Part shown: positions 24,436 to 37,600 of the stretch, piece by piece
Numbering within the stretch: position 1 is the first letter of the stretch
Layout of the letters: each line of letters starts with the position of its first letter
Position numbers and translations under genes: made by a program
Notes under the pieces: generated by a model
What the model was told of the DNA's origin: nothing
The model's input: only the letters and a program-made list of their open reading frames with translations
Databases searched by the model: none
Assembly (NCBI GenBank): GCA_951406725.2
Contig: OX597815.1
Coordinates: forward strand, 17,856,001-17,920,000
Length of the DNA: 64,000 nucleotides
Direction: 5' to 3'
From: Octopus vulgaris
Lineage: Eukaryota

Positions 24436-25180
24436 TTCCTGTCTAACCAAAAGCAGCCACTTAGACGTTTCACTTGAGATTACAATTGATATCCTGCAAG
24501 TGCAAACCAACTACGAACAAGCAAACAGACAAACAAAAAAATTAGATTGAAATGCAATAGATCGATACTTGGGTCATAATTATGGGTGACAATTTCATAC
24601 GACACCGCTAGAAAAAACTGCCGTTCAAAACGAAAAGATTCTCCCTGTCTAACCAAAAGCAGCCACTTAGACGTTTCACTTGAGATTACAATTGATATCC
24701 TGCAAGTGCAAACCAACTACGGACAAGCAAACAGACAAACAAAAAAATTAGATTGAAATGCAATAGATCGATACTTGGGTCATAATTATGGGTGACAATT
24801 TCATACGACACCGCTAGAAAAAACTGCCGTTCAAACCGAAAAGATACTCCCTGTCTAACCAAAAGCAGCCACTTAGACGTTTCACTTGAGATTACAATTG
24901 ATATCCTGCAAGTGCAAACCAACTACGGACAAGCAAACAGACAAACAAAAAATTAATATTCTTGCTAATGCAATAGATCGATACTTGGGTCATAATTATG
25001 GGTGACAATTTCATACGACACCGCTAGAAAAAACTGCCGTTCAAACCGAAAAGATACTCCCTGTCTAACCAAAAGCAGCCACTTAGACGTTTCACTTGAG
25101 ATTACAATTGATATCCTGCAAGTGCAAACCAACTACGGACAAGCAAACAGACAAACAAAAAATTAATATTCTTGCTAATT
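24335..25180. repeat. Tandem repeat, ~206-bp unit x ~4, spanning a MITE end plus flank
   Basis: ATTAGATTGAAATGCAATAGATCG recurs at 24335, 24541 and 24747, with a shifted junction at ~24969. Confidence 0.9.
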
Positions 25181-25531
25181 CTGAAATAACACGAATAGCA
25201 ATGAAAAAATGTTGAAAAACATGCAATAATATGCGGTAAAATTATATTAGGTTAATAAGATCGAAGTTTTCATTTTTAATGAGTACAAAACACACAGCAT
25301 TAGAAGCGAACAAATTAAAACTATCCAAATGAAATATTGATAATAAACATTGTCAATAATAAAAGATTATAATTGTTATTATTAAAGCCAATTTTTCTAT
25401 TAGTAAAAAAAGGCAGTAATATTTAGTATATTTTGCACAATGTTAAGAACCCGAAACAGGTGTGATGTTGACATGGGTTACTACTGCGACGATGTTCTTT
25501 TGACTACATTGTGCATATGTATGTTTGTGCA

Positions 25532-25564
<33 letters not shown>

Positions 25565-25569
<5 letters not shown>

Positions 25570-25833
25570 CAACAATTGAGGGTAAAATTAATTAATTATT
25601 AATCAATTTCACCAATGTTGTTTTGACTAATCTTGAAACGTACGTTCTCAAATAACCTTAGCATTTGATTTATTGATGTCCTTACCCCCAAACTTTTGTG
25701 AGTTGAATTAAGCAAACACTATATATGAGAGAGATTTTCTTTAAGTATTAGAAATAGCTTTAAAAACGTTTTTTAGCTTCTATTTCTAATGAGTTCAGTA
25801 TGCGGCAAAGTAATTTACTTTACTAAGCCCTTT

Positions 25834-25835
<2 letters not shown>
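25565..25835 (+). repeat. Possible PLE terminal-repeat remnant between (TA)n tracts
   Basis: Contains GAAA-CGTACG-TT (3' half of a minimal hammerhead) at 25635; no 5' half visible. Confidence 0.3.
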
Positions 25836-25875
<40 letters not shown>

Positions 25876-25876
<1 letters not shown>

Positions 25877-26259
25877 CTTTTAATCTTTTACTTGTTTCAG
25901 TCATTTGACTGCGGCCATGCTGGAGCACCGCCTTTAGTCGAGCAAATCGACCCCGGGACTTATTCTTTGTAAGCCCAGTACTTATTCTATCGGTCTCTTT
26001 TGCCCAACCGCTAAGTGACGGGGACGTAAACACACCAGCATCGGTTGTCAAGCAATGCTAGGGGGACATACACACATACACACAGACACACAGACATACA
26101 CATATATATATATATACATATATACGACAGGCTTCTTTCAGTTTCCGTCTACCAAATCCACTCACAAGGCATTGGTCGGCCCGGGGCTATAGCAGAAGAC
26201 ACTTGCCCAAGATGCCACGCAGTGGGACTGAACCCGGAACCATGTGGTTAGTTAGCAAG

Positions 26260-26260
<1 letters not shown>
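25876..26260 (-). mobile_element. Family-A SINE
   Basis: Near-identical to 38995-39402. Confidence 0.9.
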
Positions 26261-26325
<65 letters not shown>

Positions 26326-26327
<2 letters not shown>

Positions 26328-26940
26328 AGCTCAAATTTACAGAAAACAAAAGACGAAGACAGGTGAAGGAACAAGAAGCAGGTGTATTACTTTAACGCTC
26401 GGGAAGGATGGAAAAGTCTTTCATATTTCAAGTCCCATACTCTTTGACAGAAAGGATTAAGAGGAAAAAGGATCTTTTCGGTTTGAACGGCAGTTTTTTC
26501 TAGCGGTGTCATATGAAATTGTCACCCATAATTATGACCCTATTATCGATCTATTGCATTTCAATCTGTTTTAGGGTTAGGGTTAGGGGTGGGGGAAGGG
26601 TATCTTTTTTTCTTCAGAAAAGTAAATAAACTCAATTTGTTTCTTAAACGAGGGACATATTCATACGGCACAGAATGTTTTACCTCAATAGACGTCATTG
26701 ATTGGTTGAAATTGCAGAAATTGAAGAAAAAAAACAACAACAAATATCTTACAAACTATAGAATTTTCTCAATAAAGCCAAGAGAAAAAGATGTTTTATA
26801 AACACATTCTACCAGTATACGAAGTTTAAAATTTTTTAGTTACGTGGAAATTATATTAAAAAACTGCCGTTCAAACCGAAAAGATCCGGAAAAAAGAAAC
26901 GGAGAGAGAAAAAATGTGTAGAGATCAACGGTTCAGCATG
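26326..26940 (-). mobile_element. PLE-type terminal repeat (family of 46267-46457) interrupted by a GGATC MITE (26470-26887)
   Basis: AAACAAAAGAC.AAGACAGGTG..TAACGCTC.GGAA..AAAAGTCTTT shared with 46267; decayed hammerhead at ~26418-26454. Confidence 0.65.
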
Positions 26941-27203
26941 ATCAAATGATCGGAAGGATATATGAAACCAGCTGTTCATGCAGGGATAAAAATTTGTGCC
27001 CGTAAAATAGAGCTTGCATGTCCGAGATCATAATTTGTGAAGGCACCGCAAACTCTGTATCCACTAATGACACGGTTTCGACGAAGAAATATGTGAACCT
27101 TACAGAGGCTAATCCCAAGGCTAGGTTCAATAATCACACCTTGAGCTTCAGGCACTGGGATAAAAGGAGAACGACCAAATTATCCAGTCATATATGGTCC
27201 TGG

Positions 27204-27755
27204 TGGAAGCGCGTGGCTTAGTGGTTAGGGTGTCAGCATCATGATCGTAAGATTGTGGTTTCGATTCTTGGGACTGGGCAACGCGTTGTGTTCTTGAGCA
27301 AAACACTTCATTTCACGTTGCTCCAGTCCACTCAGCTGGCAAAAATGAGTAACGCTGCGATGGACCGGCGTCCCGTCCAGCTAGGGAACACATACGACAT
27401 TGAAACCGGGCTCATGAGCCTGGCTAGGCTTTAAAAGGGCGCATTTATTTATGGAGGCACAATGGCTCAGTGGTTAGGGCAGCGGACTTGCGTTCGGAGG
27501 ATCGCGGTTTCGATTCCCAGACCGGGTGCTGTGTGTGTTTATTGAGCGAAAACACCTAAAAGCTCCACGATGTTCCGGCAAGGCGTGGTGGCGACCCCTG
27601 TTGTACTCTTTCGTCACAACTTTCTCTCACTCTTTCTTCTTGTTTTTTGAGTAACGCTGCGATGGACTGGCGTCCCGTCCAGCTGGGAGAAACACATATG
27701 CCACAGAAACCGGTAAACCGGGCCCATGAGCCTGGCTAGGCTTGAAAAGGGCGAA
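27204..27755 (+). mobile_element. Two tandem tRNA-derived SINEs (27204-27450 CORE-like; 27452-27755 family C) inserted in the PLE ORF
   Basis: Two A/B-box heads; shared CTGCGATGGAC.GGCGTCCCGTCCAG 3' domain. Confidence 0.8.
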
Positions 27756-28698
27756 ACAAAGAATGTATTGTCCTTAAAAGATAAAGGTGTCAGTTACATC
27801 TATTGGAAGATCTTAGCTAAGTGTAAGCCCTATACTAATGGCAGTAGAAAGTGCGGTCTTTGTGATATGGAAAGATGGCTCATCTGGAAAAGCAGCTTAG
27901 ACCCCGCAACATGTCTAAATTCAAGAACTGAACTTTTCGGATCATGTCCATATGTTGTTAAATATTTGTTACGTTTTTGGTCCCCCTCCCTGAGATTACA
28001 GATAGGACTTGCTTTCTATATTGTGTCCACGTACAAGCTTGTTATCTCTCTATACTTTTTACTTATATTTCTTATACATTTTTCATATATTTTTTACATA
28101 TTTATAGATATTGTTTCATAGTTTTATTGCTCATATGTTTTTTACACAATTTTTCTGTATTATAACTTCCACCTTGCATTTTTCCTGTGCGTATATAGTC
28201 GTGTATATGGAATTTATTGTGTGCGCATGTGGATGTGTGCGTGTGCGCGGGTATGTGCGTATATAAACGTGTGTGTGTGCGTGCATGCGAGTATGTGCTT
28301 ATTTTTCACACATTTTCTCTATTTTGCCTTTAGCTCTGTTTTTTCTTGTGCATGTGCGTATATAGACGTGTGTATGAACCTTTTTTGTGTCACGTGTGTG
28401 AGTGTGCAGGTATGTATATATATTTTTTGGCGAATGTGTGGATGAGCACGTGTGTGTTTCAAGTGAGGGTGGATAAGTATATCCAGATAGGCGCATGTAC
28501 ATGGGTGTTCGGAGGTGCATGTGTATGTATGGACAAGCGCGCTTACGCGATTACTATGAACATTTTTACTCCCTTATCTTTACTCCCTCCTCTTTCTTAG
28601 CGGTCATTCTAATAGTTCTTTTGTCTTAATAACAGTCAAACACACAGTAATTTCACTTTGTTTAACGGTCATTTTCATAGCATTTTTTTCGATGGCCC

Positions 28699-28758
28699 GA
28701 TAACTAAGAGATGCCGGCGGGGGTTACCGCCCCGACATCGGAAACTCGGAGTTTTATC
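28699..28758 (+). ncRNA. Decayed type-I hammerhead in the PLE 3' repeat
   Basis: GATAA-CTAAGA-GATGCCGG..CCGACATC-G-GAAA-CTCGGAG-TT-TTATC: stems I, II and III pair, but the core lacks one base versus CTGAAGA. Confidence 0.55.
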
Positions 28759-28794
28759 ATGGCTACCGAATAATTGTCACATATTATATTTACA

Positions 28795-29018
28795 GATATA
28801 TATGTGTGTGTATGTGTGCGTGTTTGTCCCTCCATCATCGCTTGACAACCGACGTTGGTGTGTTTACGTCCCCGTAACTTAGCAGTTCGGGCAAGAGACA
28901 GGTAGAATAATTACAAGGCTTACAAGGAATAAGTCTTAGTGTCGATTTGCTCGACTAAAGGCGGTGCTCCAACATGGCCGCAGTCAAATGACTGAAACAA
29001 ATAAAAGAATAAAAGAAT
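28795..29018 (+). mobile_element. 5'-truncated family-A SINE
   Basis: 3' half match. Confidence 0.8.
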
Positions 29019-29262
29019 ATACATATAGACATATCTCTCTCTTTCAAAATTTTTTTGATGGATGAAATCAGTAAAATATGTTATCCTTTACTTGGAAAAG
29101 GAAATAAGAACTTGTATCATAAAGGGCAAACATGGAAAAATGGACTAAAACGAAAGAATATGTGCGCGCGCGCGTGTATTCTCGTTCACGTAACATCTAA
29201 TATATATGTTAAATGAACGATAATATTTTGAAAACAAGTGTTTTATATTAATTTCATATAGA

Positions 29263-29655
29263 TACTAGCAGTATCGCCCGGTGTTGCTCGGGTTTGTTTC
29301 GACCCTTTAGAATTAGAATTTTTGAAAAGTAAAAATTTTGCATTATGTAGCTTGTTATTCTCTTTAAGTGAACATTTTTCTGGTTGAAATACACCGAAAA
29401 ATGGTGACACAGCAGTCAAAAAATCGTAAACAATAGGGATTTTCATAGAAAAAAAGCACCTTTTTGATGTAAATAATTTTTGGTATTAATATGGTCCGAT
29501 TTGAATTTTTTCTTCTACGGAAGGAAGAGCAAGCCTTCTTCTATCATATTCTCAAATTTGGTCAACTTGCGCCGCAGGGTCTCGGAAGAGATAGTGTTAG
29601 TTGAAGGCTACCAAACCTGCCACACACACAGACAACTTCAGCTTTATATATATAG

Positions 29656-29657
<2 letters not shown>
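29263..29657 (+). mobile_element. HINE-like element
   Basis: TACTAGCAGTATCGCCCGGTGTTGCTCGGG start and CTTTATATATATAGAT end; interior differs from the 3141 copy. Confidence 0.65.
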
Positions 29658-29711
<54 letters not shown>

Positions 29712-29712
29712 T

Positions 29713-29793
<81 letters not shown>
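29657..29793. repeat. (TG)n(AG)n microsatellite
   Basis: Direct reading. Confidence 0.95.
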
Positions 29794-29797
<4 letters not shown>

Positions 29798-30103
29798 GAT
29801 AAAGTAAATACAATTTACAATAAAAATTCGCAGTTTAATCGTGATTGAAATGCCAACGTCTTTCAGAGCAAAATCTTTGAAGGCTGTTCGCATGCTTTAC
29901 TGCCTCTGTCTGCCTTTTATTATATGTAAGATGTGGTTCAGAATGCAATCTGTTAACATATGTGATGGTCACGTGGCTAGGTAAGGGAGCATTATAGCCA
30001 TGTGTTGAGAGAGATTCTTTGGGGTTTTGAATAAATATAACAAAGGCAAAGATTGAAGGAAATATTAGCCATTTTTCATACTTTCTAGGGGTAAGTAAAT
30101 AAG

Positions 30104-30503
30104 GGATCTTTTCACTTTGACCGGCAGATTTAAAAAATGATTTTTTGTAACTAAACACTTTCAAACTTCGTCTACTGGTAGTGTGTTACATAAAACATCT
30201 TTTTCTCTTGGCTTTCTTGAGAAAATTCTGTAAACAGTAACAAACAAAATATACACCGCCGGAACTTCTTGTTGACAAACAGCAGCAGTAATTGCATTCA
30301 CCTCAATAGACGTCATTGATTGGTTGAAATTGCCGAAATACGAGAAATTTAACAACAAATAGCTTACAAACTACAGAATTTTCTCAAGAAAGCCAAGAGA
30401 AAAAGATGTTTTATGTGACATATTCTACCAGTATACGAAGTTTAAAAGTGTTTAGTTACAAAAAAATTATTTTTAAAATCTGCCGGTCAAAGGGAAAAGA
30501 TCC
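30104..30503. mobile_element. GGATC-terminal MITE, long-palindromic subfamily
   Basis: GGATCTTTTC(A/C)CTTTGACCGGCAGA TIRs extended by ~120-bp inverted arms; 8-bp TSD (T/C)AAATAAG. Confidence 0.85.
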
Positions 30504-30694
30504 CAAATAAGAAATAACAGTTGCTACTCAAGGATAAAAATCGTATTACATAGTGTTATACATTCATGGATACCTAAATAATAAATAAATTAAAAGAATC
30601 GAGGAAACTAGAGATCGTTTGCACTGGAAGAAAATGTTCCTAATCAGCAGAACTCGCCTATCTTCGCAACATATAAGTTATTTTATTAATATAT

Positions 30695-31488
30695 CTTATT
30701 TCTTTACAACCCACAAGGGGCTAAACACAAAGAGGACAAACAAGGACAGACAAACGGATTAAGTCGATTACATCGACCCCGAAAGGATGAAAGGCAAAGT
30801 CGACCTCGGCGGAATTTGAACTCGGAACGTAAAACACAGACGAAATACCTATTTCTTTACTACCCACAAGGGGCTAAACACAGAGAGGACAAACAAGGAC
30901 AGACAAACGGATTAAGTCGATTATATCGACCCCAGTGCGTAACTGGTACTTTATTTAATCGACCCCAAAAGGATGAAAGGCAAAGTCGACCTCGGCGGAA
31001 TTTGAACTCAGAACGTAAAGACAGACGAAATACCTATTTCTTTACTACCCACAAGGGGTTAAACACAGAGGGGCAAACAAGGACAGAAAAACAGATTAAG
31101 ACGATTACATCGACCCCAGTGCGTAACTGGTACTTACTTTATCAACCCCGAAAGGATGAAAGGCAACGTCGACCTTGGCGGAATTTGAACTCGGAACGTA
31201 AAACACAGACGAAATACCTATTTCTTTACTACCCACAAGGGGCTAAACACAGAGAGGACAAACAAGGACAGACAAACGGATTAAGTCGATTATATCGACC
31301 CCAGTGCGTAACTGGTACTTATTTAATCGACTTATTTAATCGACGTAACTGGTACTTAATTTATTGACCCCGAAAGAATGAAATGCAAAGTCGACCTCGG
31401 CGGAATTTGAACTCAGAACGTAACGGCAGACGAAATACCGCTACGCATTTCGCCCGGCGTGCTAACCATTCTGCCAGCTCGCCGCCTT
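30695..31488 (-). mobile_element. Family-B SINE multimer (~4 units of ~185 bp, one head)
   Basis: Junction GAAATACC|TATTTCTTTAC repeated three times; single head at ~31488; TTTTAT.AATATATC flanks. Confidence 0.9.
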
Positions 31489-32015
31489 TTATTTTATCAA
31501 TATATCAAAAGCTTATCAGTTCTTTTTCGTTTTTGTAAATACAAATCTGGTTGCTTTCTCTTTATAATGTGAGATATTCCCAGGACGCTTAATTAACTGG
31601 AAGTGAATCATAGGATCCTGCATTCATCCTGATGCGCTTCATTAAAATAGCAAATGTCAAATAGACTTGCGTGGGACGTCTGATATGTTACCTACACGGT
31701 TTTCTTAGATATTCGAGATTCTTGATATCTATATACCGCCTTATCTTTGATTAAAGTTCAGTTCAGATTGCATTTCTGCAAGAGATGCTGCAGATTGTGC
31801 GTAGACTACCTGTATAAAAGTTGTTGGAAATCCTTGTCTGTTTCTTGCATTTTGAACTGATAAGCTTTAAGCTTAATTATGGGGGTTAAGTTTTTCAAAG
31901 TCGTGACATCATCAATAAAGTACACGAGCGCTAGAATTTCTCTGTGTGCTATGATCTGTGCTGACGACACAGCTCAAACATTTAATATATGCAAGGCGCA
32001 TGTGCACATACACGC

Positions 32016-33305
32016 ACAAGCACGCGCGTGCGAAAATGTGAATGTGTATGCACGCAAGTGGATGGGAATAATAGGTAAAACTTGCAGGTATCCATTAATG
32101 TGGATAGATCGTGGAGGCACATGGCCTAGTGGTTAGAGCAGCAGACTCGCGATCGAGGGATCGTGGGTTCGAATCTCAGACCGGGCGATATGTGTGTTTA
32201 TGAGCGAAACACCTAAGCTCCACAAGGCTCCAGCAGAAGGTAATGGTGAACTTCTGCTGACTCTTTCTCCATGACTTTCTCTCACTCTTTCCTCCTGCAA
32301 CTTGCAGCTCACCTGCGACGGACCGGCGTCGTCTAGGTGCGGAACCTATACGCCAAGGAAACCGGGATACCGGCCCTTATGAGCCAGCCTTGGCTCGAGA
32401 AGGAACAAAAAAGAAATGTGGATAGACTGCACTGTGTAACAAAATTTTTATTTATCATTTTTGGTTTATCTTTGTTTTTGGTCAGTAAGTGTTATTTTCT
32501 ATTTGCTTCTATCCAGGAATCAAAGGAAATGACTACTATTCCCTTCAAACTTTGCTTTTATGACCTGAATATATGTTTTGAAACTGACCTATTTTCCATT
32601 ACATTTCAGACAGATTCAGCACTGAGTTACGCCCTGGAGTCGATATAATCGACTTAATCCATTTGTCTGTCCTTGTTTGTCCACACACACAAGCACGCGC
32701 AAGCGAAAATGCGAATGTGTATGCACGCAAGTGGATGAGAATAATAGGTAGAACTTGCAGGTATCCATCAATGCGGATAGATCGTGGAGGCACATGGCCT
32801 AGTGGTTAGAGCAGCGGACATGCGGTCGAGGGATCGTGGGTTCAAATCTCAGACCGGGCGATGTGTGTGTTTATGAGCGAAACACCTAAGCTCCACGAGG
32901 CTCCAGCAGAAGGTAATGGCGAACTTCTGCTGACTCTTTCTCCACGACTTTCTCTCACTCTTTCCTCCTACATCTTGCAGCTCACCTGCGACAGACTGTT
33001 ATTCCTTCCAGGTGGGGAACCTATACGCCAAGGAAACCGGGATACCGGCCCCTATGAGCCAGCCTTGGCTCGAGAAGGAACAAAAAAAAAATGTGGATAG
33101 ATTGCACTGTGTAGCAACATTGTTATCTATCATTTTTTTGTTTATCTTTGTTTTTGGTCAGTAAGTGTTATTTCCTATTTGCTTCTATCTAGAAATCAAA
33201 GGAAATGACTACTTTTCCCTTCATACTATGCTTTTGTGACCTGGACATCAATGTTTTGAAACTGACCTATTTTCCATTACATTTCAGGCAGATTCAGCAC
33301 TGAGT
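32016..33305. repeat. Local tandem duplication (~673-bp period), each unit containing a family-C SINE (32112-32410; 32785-33085)
   Basis: The unique flank CACAAGCACGCGC..CTTGCAGGTATCCAT and the downstream flank are both repeated; family-B SINE scrap at the junction (32628-32685). Confidence 0.85.
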
Positions 33306-33439
33306 TGCTGAAGCAGAAATATCGTTATAGCAAACATTCTGCTCAGTATCATAAATTTGCTTGTCAGTCGCTTGACCTAAACCACTCGAGCATGTCCCGT
33401 AGTGGCTGACATTATATACATCTCTGATCATAAGCAGAA

Positions 33440-33848
33440 GCAGTATGGGAGCATCATAGCCATGTGTTGAGAGAAATTCTTTGGGGTTTTGAATAAATGT
33501 AACAAAAGCAAAGTTTGAAGGAAATATTAGCCATTTTTCATACTTTCTAGGGGTAAGCAAATAAGGGATCTTTTCACTTTGACCGGCAGATTTAAAAAAT
33601 AATTTTTTGTAACTAAACACTTTTAAACTTCGTATACTGCTTCGTAAACACTTTTAAACTTCGTATTCGGCGGAATTTGAACTCGGAACGTAAAGATAGA
33701 CGAAATACCTATTTCTTTACTACCTACAAGGGGATAAACACAGAGAGGACAAACGGATTAAGTCGATTATATCGACTCCAGTGCGTAAGTGGTACTTACT
33801 TTATCGACCCCAAAAGGATGAAAGGCAAAGTCGACCTCGGCGGAACTT
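33440..33848. repeat. Displaced copy of 29985-30180 (UTR repeat + unique flank + MITE end) fused to a family-B SINE piece
   Basis: GAAGGAAATATTAGCCATTTTTCATACTTTCTAGGGGTAAG.AAATAAGGGATCTTTTCAC present at both sites. Confidence 0.8.
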
Positions 33849-34246
33849 GAGAAGGTGGATTGCTGAAGCTAAAGAAGCGAATGGGTCACTGATGCAGTGA
33901 GTATCTATCGATATACGAGTCACTAGAGCACAATCAATTATTCTCTGCTTATTAAAATACCCTCCCTTCGCTCATGAATGACCATGGGGTTGACACCTAG
34001 AAAGTTCCCTTTCGAGGCACAAGCAAGGTTGTCTATGGAAGACTGCCTTCCCTCTGTTCAATATTTTTTCAGTTTGCGGAGAAATGGCAAAAAGCTTTCG
34101 CTGTTTATAATTATACCATATGTTACATATATATCATATCATATACCTGATACTGGAAATCGATTAAGGTTCAGAAATCGATTAAGGTTCATCCTTTTTT
34201 TCAGTCTGCGGAGAAATGGCTAAAACATTTCCCTGTTTATAATCAT

Positions 34247-34560
34247 TCATTCATTCATACATACATACATACATACATATATACATACATACATACACAC
34301 ATACATATAATCATACATACATACATGCATACATACATATAATCATACATACATACATACATACATACATACATACGTACATACATTCATACACACATAC
34401 ATACATACATACATACATACATACATGCATACATACATACATACATTCATACATACATACATACACACATACATACACACATACATACATACATGCATAC
34501 ATACATACATACATACATGCATACATACATACATACATACATACATACATACAAACAAAC
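34247..34560. repeat. (CATA)n microsatellite
   Basis: Direct reading. Confidence 0.95.
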
Positions 34561-34569
34561 AAGGCGGGG

Positions 34570-36720
34570 TGTAACCAGGACGTAAGTAATCGATATTCCA
34601 CAATGTGTTTCTTGTGCCAATGCTCATATCAACAGTCAGGCTACTCGACTGGACACTGGATGAGATTCAGGCTATTAATGTGAAAACCCGAAAATCGTTA
34701 ACTCGTACTAGGAATTTCCATATCGACATGACATAGACTGTATTTACGAAAATAAGGCTGCTGAGGCTTAACACTGATCCAGACAACTCTTCAATGCCAC
34801 GTCATATTCCTTCAACATATGGTGGTTGGTAGATGTTGTCGAAGTTCTGCTATATTAAGTCTGCACACGTGAAGCCGAAAACATCACGAGAGTTGGCAAA
34901 GAGCTTCTCGGAAAGTATTACCTGTCTAATAACTAGAGAAGTTGCACACTCCTCCAGAATAGGTCAGTAGGGAAGAAACAGCGTACATATTAGCAAAAGA
35001 AGTAGTGCACGCTTATGCTCTCGGAAACCTTCAGAAAGACAACATTGACAGTCAGGATGGTCATTTTGGATCGATAACCTATTTCTTTACTACCCACAAG
35101 GGGCTAAACACAGAGGGGACAAACAAGGACAGACAAACGGATTAAGTCGATTACATCGACCCCAGTGCGTAACTGGTACTTAATTTATCGACCCCGAAAG
35201 GATGAAAGGCAAAGTTGACCTCAGCGGAATTTGAACTCAGAACGTAGCGACGGGCGAAATACTGCTCAGCATTTCACCCGGCGTGCTAACATTTCTGCCA
35301 GCTCGCCGCCTTTTGGATCGATAACCGGGATATTAACTCTCCGTGGAGGAACATGGCCTAGTGGATAGAGCAGCGGACTGGCGGTCGAGGGATCGCGGGT
35401 TCGAATATCAGACCGGGCAATGTGTGTGTTTATGAGCGAAACACCTAAGCTCCACGCGGCTCTGACAGAAGGTAATGACGAACTTCTGCTGACTCTTTCG
35501 CCACAACTTTCTCTCACTCTTTCCTCCTGCATTTTGCAGCTCACCTGCGACGGACTGGCATCCCGTCCAGGTGGGGAACCTATACGCCAAGAAACCGGGA
35601 AACCGGCCCTTATGAGCCAGGCAGGGCTCGAGAAGGAACAAACAAAAATATTAATTCTCCCGTTGAATAATATACTTTTGCAATAGAAAAGAAGAAAATA
35701 GCCACATAATACCTGATACACAAAAAGGACAGGGATGTAAATAAACTATCTACCTGTAACAACCAATGCAGACTTTGGGGAACTGATATTGAGAAAGTCA
35801 TCCATATCATACTCTTTTACTTGTTTCAGTCATTTGACTGCGGCCATGCTGCAGCACCGCCGTTAGTCGAGCAAATCGACCCCGGGACTTATTCTATGTA
35901 AGCCCAGTACTTATTCTATCGGTCTCTTTTTGCCGAACCGCTAAGTTACGGAGACGTAAACACTACCAATATCGGTTGTCAAGCAATGCTAGGGGAACAA
36001 ACACAGACATACATATATATAGACATATATACGACAGGCTTCTTTCAGTTTCCGTCTACCAAATCCACTCACAAGGCATTGGTCGGCCCGGGGCTATAGC
36101 AGAAGACACTTGCCCAAGATGCCACGCAGTGGGACTGAACCCGGAACCATGTGGTTGGTAAGCAAGCTACTTACCACACAGCCACTCCTGCGCCTATCAT
36201 AAGTAGCTGTGTGAAAATGTCCTCACTGAATTACCTCGCGATGAGATATGATGCTGCAGCTGGAACACTATAAATGAGACCTGTAGAAAGGGTAGTCCTG
36301 AGGAGATAAATATTTGCCCTCTACAGTATTGTGGAGGGCATAAATACACAAAATTATACAAGAATACTGGTGGGATGTCCTTAAAACTTCAATAAAATTC
36401 AAGCACAACAGACCAGACATAATGATCGGGGATCAGACAAAAAACTATGCACACTAGTTGAAACAACCTACCCAGCAGATATCAACATAATGTTAAAGGT
36501 GAGTGAGAAAAAAGAGCATTTATGCCGAATTCATGAGCAATCTGCAGATGCTTCATCCGGTCTAGCTGAGGCGACCAACTGCCTCAGTACTAATCATTAG
36601 AAGCTGGGACTTACAAAACAATAAAGAATACGCCTACTCGAAATATCAGAGTTGCAAGCTGTGAAATGTACTGTCAAGATGTATAAAACATTCACGAAGT
36701 TGAGCGTGCAATAGGATCCA
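34570..36720 (+). mobile_element. Decayed Dong/R4-clade LINE ORF 3' half, interrupted by three SINEs (35077-35312 B, 35343-35645 C, 35811-36197 A)
   Basis: Frame-broken motifs LDWTLDEIQAINVKTRK..NFH, CRL.G..E.V.HII|SSC (CCHC knuckle) and YWWDV..KHNRPDIMI..LVE..PADINI (restriction-like endonuclease). Confidence 0.75.
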
Positions 36721-36799
36721 CACCTGTAAAGCCATCCATGCCTACGCCCATGTGTGTATAAATATATGTGCATACCTGTGCAAATGCATACATGACAGC

Positions 36800-36815
36800 A
36801 TGAATATATATATAT

Positions 36816-36860
<45 letters not shown>

Positions 36861-36943
36861 CATACATACATATATATATACATACATACATACACACACA
36901 CACATATATATGCATACACACACACACACACACATATATACAT

Positions 36944-36980
<37 letters not shown>

Positions 36981-37167
36981 CATACATACACACACATATA
37001 TATATATATACATACACACACACACATATATATATATACATACACACACACACATATATATATATACATTCACACAAACATATATATATATGCATACACA
37101 CACACACATATATATACATACACACACACATATATACATACATACACACACACACACATATATATAT

Positions 37168-37230
<63 letters not shown>

Positions 37231-37454
37231 GCAAAATGCAAGCATAAATATTCAGGCACACACGTATACATGCAAGACTACCATGTTTGATGGCGTCTAA
37301 ATTCCAGTGAAAAAGTCTTGTTTCTAGGCTAGAAACCGGCTATTTCTCTATTGGTTAGAAATTCGAAAAATAAAACCAAGAGCGATTATACTTAGACACA
37401 TGAACACACACACACACACATACATACATACATACATACATGCGCGCCTGTGTA

Positions 37455-37526
<72 letters not shown>

Positions 37527-37600
37527 CATGCATGTATGTGTGTGTACACTACATACATACACACAATCGTGTGTGTGTGTGTGTGTCTCTGTGCATGTGT
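36800..37600. repeat. Compound (CA)/(TA)/(TG) microsatellites
   Basis: Direct reading; source of the many low-complexity ORFs here. Confidence 0.95.

Larger units (their letters stand above)
26940..28790 (+). mobile_element. 5'-truncated Penelope-like element: GIY-YIG endonuclease remnant plus 3' terminal repeat
   Basis: IICEGT..KKYVNLTEANPKARFNNHTLSFRH..TTKLSSHIWS|LKDKG..WKILAKCKPY..KCGLC..E..LNSRTELFGSC is typical of the PLE EN C-terminus; split by two SINEs. Confidence 0.8.

Noticed and set aside
31745-31810. Minus-strand exon candidate VVYAQSAASLAEMQSELNFNQR*
   Set aside because: An acceptor is present, but the frame stops and there is no convincing donor or linkage.
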